Shown: positions 38,267 through 44,203 of the stretch, one piece after another
Layout of the letters: each line of letters opens with the position of its first letter
How positions within the stretch are numbered: position 1 is the stretch's first letter
Assembly: GCA_029859385.1 (NCBI GenBank)
Contig: JAOUDF010000001.1
Span: 1 to 53,412, forward strand
DNA: 53,412 bases
Source of the DNA: Nitrospirota bacterium
GTDB taxonomy: Bacteria; Nitrospirota; JAOUDF01
Direction: 5' to 3'
Notes under the pieces: model-generated
Seen by the model: the letters and a program-made list of their open reading frames with translations, nothing else
Databases searched by the model: none
What the model was told of the DNA's origin: nothing
Position numbers and translations under genes: made by a program

Positions 38267-38862
38267 AATTTTTTCTCCAAAAAGAGCGCAAGCTTGTGAT
38301 GGCGACCATCGCCCTCGCCGTGGTGAACCTGTTGTTTTACCTCGCGCTGGTCTATCCGATGCAGAGCATGGTCCACAACAAGGAAGACGACTATAGCCGT
38401 GAGCGGCAGCGTCTGGTGGACCTCAGAAATCAGGCGGCACTGGCAAAAACGGTGGTGGAGAGCAAGGCGGCGCTTGCCGAATTGTGGGAGCGGTTGCCCG
38501 AGAAGGATGATCTGCCGGCGTTCATAGGCAGCTTCCACGCCCTTGCGAAGGAGTACGACCTGAGGATTCCTACGGTAAAGTACGAGCCTAAAAAGGAGAA
38601 GGGGGAGGTAATGACCAGTCTCTTCATTACCTTGCCGGTGACGGGGAATTATCCCGATATCCGCGGTTTTATCCAGGACATGGAGTTGTCCGACAGGCTG
38701 ATCATGCTCGAGAATATCGGGATTTCCGCGTCGGGCAGCGACGGCGGTGGAGGCACCCAGCTTCAATTGACCATGACGACCTATATCAGGCCCGCGATCA
38801 TGCCGGAGTTTACGGTGCCGATGCCTGCCGAACAACAGGAAAGAACGAGAGGCAGAAGGTGA
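38263..38862 (+). CDS. PilO/GspM-like bitopic inner-membrane protein
   Basis: Single TM (ATIALAVVNLLFYLALVYP), a coiled coil, then a ferredoxin-like tail (LFITLPVTGNYPDIRGFIQDMELSDRLIMLENI). ATGA overlap upstream. Confidence 0.6.
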   Translation: MKFFLQKERKLVMATIALAVVNLLFYLALVYPMQSMVHNKEDDYSRERQRLVDLRNQAALAKTVVESKAALAELWERLPEKDDLPAFIGSFHALAKEYDLRIPTVKYEPKKEKGEVMTSLFITLPVTGNYPDIRGFIQDMELSDRLIMLENIGISASGSDGGGGTQLQLTMTTYIRPAIMPEFTVPMPAEQQERTRGRR

Positions 38863-39440
38863 GAGGAAAACAGCTGCTCTTTAGCGCACTTCTGGTAATG
38901 CTGTTGGGGCTGGCTGCCTACCGCTTCTATTCCCCTGATATGCCTGCGGGCGTTTTGAGGGCTCCGGCGGAAGGGAGGCGGGCTGCCGCAGACCTCAAGG
39001 ATTATACGGTGAGGATCGATCTTTTGCGGGTGGCCCGGGAGGAATTGGCGGATGGGGTCGTCAATATCTTTGCTTCCATTTCCCGATCGGGTGGGTCGAA
39101 AGGCGAAAAGGCGGGGGCAAAAGGGGCCGATGAAGTAAAGCCCCCCGCTCCGTCCGAACAGCCGGCGGTACAGCTTCCGCCGCCTCCTCCGCCGAAGACG
39201 CCGGAGCAGCTGGCCGCCGAGCGGTCGGTGCAGGAACTGGAGCGTTTTCGCTTCCTCGGGTTTGTGCGAAAGGGCGACGGCAGGAGCCTGTTTCTGGGCC
39301 GGGGCGACGAACTGCTCGTGGTGGGAGAGACGGAGAAGGTAAAAGGGCTTTACAATATCAAGCTTATGGGCAAGGATTACCTGATCCTGGCGGACCCGGC
39401 AACCGGGGTGGAAAAAAGGATCGAATTGACAGGGAAGTAG
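38859..39440 (+). CDS. PilP/GspC-like protein (N-terminal anchor, Pro-rich linker, C-terminal beta domain)
   Basis: GTG start overlapping the upstream stop. TM LLFSALLVMLLGLAAY, PPPPPPKTPEQ linker, FRFLGFVRKGDGRSLFLGRGDELLVV tail. Sits directly before the secretin. Confidence 0.45.
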   Translation: MRGKQLLFSALLVMLLGLAAYRFYSPDMPAGVLRAPAEGRRAAADLKDYTVRIDLLRVAREELADGVVNIFASISRSGGSKGEKAGAKGADEVKPPAPSEQPAVQLPPPPPPKTPEQLAAERSVQELERFRFLGFVRKGDGRSLFLGRGDELLVVGETEKVKGLYNIKLMGKDYLILADPATGVEKRIELTGK

Positions 39441-39502
39441 GAAAATCCTTATCCTGTAACGATGGCATTGAGAAGATTGCGAAATCATGGTGAGGAGGCG
39501 TA

Positions 39503-42238
39503 ATGGGCGCTTTTAAGCGGGTGGGAGTATTGCTGGCGATGCTGGCGGCATTGGCCGGATGCGGTACCTCCCGGGTCGTCGAACGGGGAGAGACCTACCT
39601 TCAGAACCAGCAGTGGGACCTGGCGTGGGCGGAATACAAGGATGCCTACCAGCGAGACCCATCGAACAAGACTTACCGGGCGGGATACGAGCGCGCAACC
39701 ATCGAGGCCACCAACCTTCATCTGAGGCAGGGGGCGGAAGCCCTTCGTCAGGGCCGGTTTGAAGAGGCGATCGAAGAACTGAAGAAGGGGCTGATGGTCT
39801 CTCCGGCCCATGAAGGGATGCAGACTGCCATGAGGGAGGCCCTGGCGAAGAAGGAGGCCAGGGAGCGCTATGCAACGGGAAGGTCCCTCGCCGACGGCGG
39901 CAGGCTCAAGGACGCGATGAGGGAGCTGAAGAAGGCCTCGGAACTTGATCCTGACTACCAGGAACCCGGGAAGCTGATCGGGCAGATAGAGGATGTTCTT
40001 TCGAAAGAGAAGTCCGAAGATCCGCTGACCCTGGCATCGGACAAGCCCATTACCCTCAACTTCAAGAATACCAATGTTAGGGACGCCTTCGAACTGCTGG
40101 CCAAGATGGCCAGCATCAACGTCCTCTTCGATGAAGAGGTGCGGTCGCAACAGGTAACGGTCTTTGCCAAGGACATCACCTTCAAGCAGGCCCTCCGGCT
40201 CCTCCTTTCGACCAACAAGCTTATTATGAAGCGGGTGACGCGGGATACCATCATCATCATCCCGAAGAACCGGGCCAAGATAGACCAGTATCAGGACCTT
40301 CAGATCCGCACCTTCTACCTCAACAATATCGAGGCGAAGGATATGGTCAATATCCTCAGGACCATGCTGGAGACCAAGAAGATACTGATCAATGCCAAGA
40401 GCAATACGATCATCCTGCGGGACTCCCCGGAGAAGCTGAAGCTGGCGGAGAAGATCATCGAGGCCAACGACCGCGCCGATGCGGAGATCATGCTCGACGT
40501 GGAAATACTGGAAGTCGGCCGCACCGACACCTACAAGTCGGGCATAAAGCTGGGTTCCACGACTCCTGCGGCGGCAACCTGGATCAAGGATTCGGTGGGG
40601 ACCATAGGGACTACAGGCATCGACCTGTTTACCCTGAAAAATCTTGGACCTGAGTCGTTCCTCTTTGTTCTGCCCAGCCTTACCATCGACCTGCTCAAGA
40701 CTAATTCCAACGCCAAGACCCTGGCCAATCCCAAGCTGCGGGTCATCCACAAGAAGCCCGCCAAGATACTCATAGGCCAGAGGGTGCCGATCCAGGTCTC
40801 GACGACCACAACCTCCGCAGGCACCTCGTCGGGGACGACCTCGTCGAACTTTGAATACAAGGACGTTGGTATCAAGCTCAATGTGGAGCCCGATGTCCAT
40901 CTCAACAACGAGATCACCATGAAGCTGGGCCTCGAGGTGAGCACCCTGGGGAACCTTGTGGAGTTCGGCGGCGGTTCCAAGCAGTATATCTTCGGTACCC
41001 GCAGTGCCGACACGGTGGTACAGCTCCGGGATGGAGAGACCACCATCATTGGCGGCCTTATACAGGATGACGAGAGAAAGACGGGGAACCGCATCCCCGG
41101 CCTTGCCGATGCACCGGTGGTCGGGCGGATGTTCGCGGCACGGGATGATGAGACGGTCAAGACCGATATCCTCATGTCGATCACTCCGCATCTGGTGAGG
41201 AGGATGGAGCTGCCCAGTGTCGACGTCCAGTCGTTCTGGTCGGGGACCGACGACTCCTACGATACCGAGCCGGTCTTCTACTTTGACGACGAGGTCGAGA
41301 TTCCCGATGATGCACCGGCTGGCGCGCCGACGGTCAAGATGCCCGGCAAGACCCCGGCACAGGCTCCTCCGACGCCGATGCCCGCTCCCACGCTTCTTCC
41401 CGCTCCGGCCGTGAAGCCCCAGGCAGCTCCGGCGCCTGCCGCCCCGGTTACGCAACCGGCCCCGGCTCCTGCACCGCTGGCCCCTGTTCGTCCCGAGCCT
41501 GTTCCTGCACCGGCGCCCGCTCCAGCTCCCGCACCCGCTCCAGCCGCGCCTGCTGCTCCCGAGCCTGTAAAGGCCCCGGAGCCGCCGTCTCAGCCGACCT
41601 CTGCCGTCGAGGAACCGGAACCGGCCCCGCCGGCAGTTGAGGAAGTTCAGCCTGTAGCAAAGGCGGCAGCTCCCGCCCCCCAACCCCAACTGGTGGCGCC
41701 TGCTCCTGCTCCTCAATCGGTACCCGTACCAGCTCCCGCGCCTGTGCCCGCTCCTCAGGTACCGGCAGTTCCCGTGACTGCACCGTTGCCAACGGCAGAG
41801 GCAGCGACCCCGCTGTCGCTCTCCCTGGCGAGCATAGGGGTCAAGCCGAACAGTATCCAGATGACTGCCGGGGCCTCGGTAGGGGTTGAGATCACCGCGG
41901 CTGACGTGAAGAACCTTGCCCTTGCGGATATCTCCGTGACCTACGACCCCGAGGTCGCCTCTTTCCAGAATATTACCGAAGGGGGATTTCTCAGGAGCGA
42001 CGGCAAGCCGACCTCCTTCCTTTTTTCCGTAAACAGCAAGGCCGGAAAGGTAGATATTTCCCTCAGCCGGGTGGGAATGGAAAAAGGGGTGAACGGTGCG
42101 GGGACGCTGGCATTCCTGGTGTTTCAGGGGAAAAAGGCAGGCGATTCAACGATAAACCTGAAAGTCAACAAGCTGCAGAATGCAGACCGGGGTAACCTCG
42201 ACCACAAGGTGGTCAATGCCAGCCTGACGGTAAAGTAG
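39503..42238 (+). CDS. secretin lipoprotein with N-terminal TPR region, secretin core, long Pro/Ala linker and C-terminal cohesin-like domain
   Basis: Lipobox LAALAGC. TPR-like N-terminus. Secretin_N (ITLNFKNTNVRDAFELLAKMASINVLFDEEV). Secretin core (VLANPKLRVIHKKPAKILIGQRVP...TTIIGGLIQDDE...IPGLADAPVVGRMF). PA-rich 41306-41810. Cohesin-like 41811-42235 (ISVTYDPEVASF...GTLAFLVFQGKKAGDSTINL). Confidence 0.85.
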   Translation: MGAFKRVGVLLAMLAALAGCGTSRVVERGETYLQNQQWDLAWAEYKDAYQRDPSNKTYRAGYERATIEATNLHLRQGAEALRQGRFEEAIEELKKGLMVSPAHEGMQTAMREALAKKEARERYATGRSLADGGRLKDAMRELKKASELDPDYQEPGKLIGQIEDVLSKEKSEDPLTLASDKPITLNFKNTNVRDAFELLAKMASINVLFDEEVRSQQVTVFAKDITFKQALRLLLSTNKLIMKRVTRDTIIIIPKNRAKIDQYQDLQIRTFYLNNIEAKDMVNILRTMLETKKILINAKSNTIILRDSPEKLKLAEKIIEANDRADAEIMLDVEILEVGRTDTYKSGIKLGSTTPAAATWIKDSVGTIGTTGIDLFTLKNLGPESFLFVLPSLTIDLLKTNSNAKTLANPKLRVIHKKPAKILIGQRVPIQVSTTTTSAGTSSGTTSSNFEYKDVGIKLNVEPDVHLNNEITMKLGLEVSTLGNLVEFGGGSKQYIFGTRSADTVVQLRDGETTIIGGLIQDDERKTGNRIPGLADAPVVGRMFAARDDETVKTDILMSITPHLVRRMELPSVDVQSFWSGTDDSYDTEPVFYFDDEVEIPDDAPAGAPTVKMPGKTPAQAPPTPMPAPTLLPAPAVKPQAAPAPAAPVTQPAPAPAPLAPVRPEPVPAPAPAPAPAPAPAAPAAPEPVKAPEPPSQPTSAVEEPEPAPPAVEEVQPVAKAAAPAPQPQLVAPAPAPQSVPVPAPAPVPAPQVPAVPVTAPLPTAEAATPLSLSLASIGVKPNSIQMTAGASVGVEITAADVKNLALADISVTYDPEVASFQNITEGGFLRSDGKPTSFLFSVNSKAGKVDISLSRVGMEKGVNGAGTLAFLVFQGKKAGDSTINLKVNKLQNADRGNLDHKVVNASLTVK

Positions 42239-42245
42239 GCCGAAA

Positions 42246-42716
42246 ATGGAGAGGACCGGAATCAGCCGCAACAGCGGGCTGACGCTTATCGAACTGGTGG
42301 TCGTCGTGGCGGTGCTGAGTATCCTGGCCGCCGTTGCGCTGCCGGTGGCCAAGGCCACGGTAAAGCGGACCAAGGAGATAGAGCTGCGCCGCACCTTGCG
42401 GGAGATGCGCACCGCCATCGACGAGTACAAGAAGTTCTACGATGAAAAGAAGATTTCCCAGATTTCGGGCGGCACCGGCTATCCCAAGGACCTCGATACG
42501 CTGGTGCAGGGTGTGGACATTGTGGGACAGGTGAATCTGAAGAAGAAGTTTCTCAGAAGGATCCCGCCCGATCCCATAACCGGTACGACCGAGTGGGGGA
42601 TGCGGTCGTACGCCGATGCCCCCGACTCAACGGCATGGGGGGGGGAGGATGTCTATGACATCTACACCACCAGCGAGGAAACGGCCCTGGACGGCTCACA
42701 GTACAATACATGGTAA
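42246..42716 (+). CDS. GspG-like pseudopilin (prepilin-type N-terminal cleavage/methylation domain)
   Basis: SG|LTLIELVVVVAVLSILAAVALP prepilin signature with Glu5. Downstream YPKDLDTLV...IPPDPITG resembles the GspG body. Confidence 0.82.
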   Translation: MERTGISRNSGLTLIELVVVVAVLSILAAVALPVAKATVKRTKEIELRRTLREMRTAIDEYKKFYDEKKISQISGGTGYPKDLDTLVQGVDIVGQVNLKKKFLRRIPPDPITGTTEWGMRSYADAPDSTAWGGEDVYDIYTTSEETALDGSQYNTW

Positions 42717-42736
42717 TGCTCTGGACGCGATCGGTT

Positions 42737-42812
42737 GTCATTCCGGCGAAAGCCGGAATCCAGCCTTCCCGAGTATCACAAGGCTACTGGACACCGGTTT
42801 TCACCGGTGTGA
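42737..42812 (+). repeat. REP-like bipartite palindromic element, copy 2
   Basis: GTCATTCCGGCGAAAGCCGGAATCCAG (42737-42763) ... CTGGACACCGGTTTTCACCGGTGTGA (42787-42812), in the gap between the two pseudopilin genes. Confidence 0.85.
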
Positions 42813-42836
42813 CGTCTTTTACGAAACTATATTGAT

Positions 42837-43223
42837 ATGACACCATTAAATAAAAACCAGCGCGGTTTTACGCTTCTCGAACTGATGATCGTCATCGCCA
42901 TCGTGGGTATTCTGGTGACGCTGGCCGTCCCCAGTTTCAGGACGGCGACGATAAAGGCTCGCGAGGCGGTCCTCAAGGAAGACCTCTACGTCATAAGGAG
43001 CGTCATCGACCAGTATTACGCCGATAATGGCACCTATCCCCCCACTCTCCAGGACCTTGTGGCCAAACAGTACCTCAGAAGCATTCCCATTGACCCGTTT
43101 ACCTCGTCTGCAAGCACGTGGGAGGAGGTCATCGATACGGCGGCGGAAACGTCCGGGGTGTTCGATGTCAAGAGCGGCTCGGACAAGGTCGGTCTCAATG
43201 GCGTACCCTACAGGGAATGGTAG
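42837..43223 (+). CDS. GspG-like pseudopilin 2
   Basis: QRG|FTLLELMIVIAIVGILVTLAVPSF with Glu5. YYADNGTYPPTLQDLV..YLRSIPIDPF is classic GspG-like. Confidence 0.85.
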   Translation: MTPLNKNQRGFTLLELMIVIAIVGILVTLAVPSFRTATIKAREAVLKEDLYVIRSVIDQYYADNGTYPPTLQDLVAKQYLRSIPIDPFTSSASTWEEVIDTAAETSGVFDVKSGSDKVGLNGVPYREW

Positions 43224-43809
43224 GCCGGGGCGTCTGCCCTGGATTTCATATCTCAAATTTCATACCTCAGATTTTTGCCTGGACAATCGCGGCTTCACCT
43301 TTGTCGCGCTGGCCGTCATCATCTTCATCATGGGGATATCCCTCCTCGCGGTAAGGCCCACCTGGACCGTGATCATGAAGATAGAGAAGGAGCAGGAGCT
43401 TCTCTATGTCGGAAAGGCGTTCAAGGATGCCATAAAGCGCTATCATGATGCCGGCCCACCCAACAACAAGACATTGCCTGCGCGCCTGGAAGACCTCCTC
43501 AGCGATCCCCGTTCACCAAGCGCGAAAAAATATCTGCGGAAGATATATCGCGACCCCATGACGGGCGAGGACGACTGGGTCGTGGTGATGGACGGGGCCC
43601 AGCGCATAAGGGGTATCCACAGCCGCAGCGAGGAGGAGCCCTTCAAGCAGGACCACTTCCCCGACGAATTTCAGCAGTTTGCCAACAAGAAGAAATACAG
43701 CGAGTGGGTGTTCGAGTATAATCCCGTGCCGGCCGGGACAACGACCGGCCAGGGTCAGTCGACGGCTACCGGAAATCTGACCACGCAAACCTCTCCCTCA
43801 TCGCAGTAA
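43198..43809 (+). CDS. atypical pseudopilin-like protein (prepilin-like hydrophobic N-terminus but no Glu5; start uncertain)
   Basis: NRG|FTFVALAVIIFIMGISLLAV, then ...YHDAGPPNNKTLPARLEDLL...YLRKIYRDPMTG (GspG-like body). The only in-frame ATG before the TM is 43198 (26-nt overlap with the upstream gene). CTG 43279 is an alternative. Confidence 0.55.
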   Translation: MAYPTGNGRPGRLPWISYLKFHTSDFCLDNRGFTFVALAVIIFIMGISLLAVRPTWTVIMKIEKEQELLYVGKAFKDAIKRYHDAGPPNNKTLPARLEDLLSDPRSPSAKKYLRKIYRDPMTGEDDWVVVMDGAQRIRGIHSRSEEEPFKQDHFPDEFQQFANKKKYSEWVFEYNPVPAGTTTGQGQSTATGNLTTQTSPSSQ

Positions 43810-43868
43810 TCACGGCGGAATCCACTTTCTCAAGAAGTTATAGTTTCATATCTCCCAAAGGGAGTTCT

Positions 43869-43895
43869 GTCATTCCGGCGAAAGCCGGAATCCAG
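43869..43895 (+). repeat. REP-like element, copy 3 (first half only; second half degenerate)
   Basis: GTCATTCCGGCGAAAGCCGGAATCCAG is identical to 42737-42763. The downstream half does not match. Confidence 0.8.
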
Positions 43896-43986
43896 TCTTC
43901 TTGTCTAACTGCTGGGTCATAGGATATCGGTTTGCGCTGATGTCGCGGCCTTTTGCGGGGACGAGAAGATTTGTCGAAAAAAGTTC

Positions 43987-44014
43987 TTGACTCCGATTGC
44001 CCCCATTCTTTAAT
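43987..44014 (+). promoter_or_regulatory. candidate sigma-70 promoter for the RHS gene
   Basis: TTGACT-16 nt-TTTAAT, about 190 nt upstream of ATG 44204. Confidence 0.3.
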
Positions 44015-44099
44015 CTGCCCGTTAACTTTGCTTAACGCTTTGGTCCGGTAGCTCAACCACACAAACAGAGGTACGATTGTTTATAACTTCAGGTGGATA

Positions 44100-44177
44100 G
44101 GCTGAAGACTGAAGGTTGAAGGAAAACCGCGTGCTTTCAGGTTCTAGCCTTCAGTCTTCGGCCTTCAGCCTTCAGCC
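44100..44177. repeat. inverted array of CCTTCAG/CTGAAGG heptamers forming a hairpin in the RHS leader
   Basis: GGCTGAAGACTGAAGGTTGAAGG (44100-44122) compared with GCCTTCAGTCTTCGGCCTTCAGCCTTCAGCC (44147-44177). A 12-bp perfect pairing GAAGACTGAAGG/CCTTCAGTCTTC. Confidence 0.6.
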
Positions 44178-44203
44178 TGACCTAACCCCCCGCGAGGTCC
44201 GCT

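Noticed and set aside
41306-41810. Highly repetitive CCNGCN-rich DNA considered as a non-coding tandem repeat or assembly artefact.
   Set aside because: It stays in frame with the secretin on both sides and encodes a coherent Pro/Ala/Glu/Val linker that leads into a folded-looking C-terminal domain. It is treated as coding low-complexity sequence. Long-read confirmation is still advisable.
43027-43197. Upstream part of the 260-aa track ORF overlapping pseudopilin 2.
   Set aside because: It lies wholly inside the well-supported GspG-like gene (42837-43223) in another frame and gives an Arg/Ser/Pro-rich sequence. Only the part from 43198 (or later) onward is plausible.
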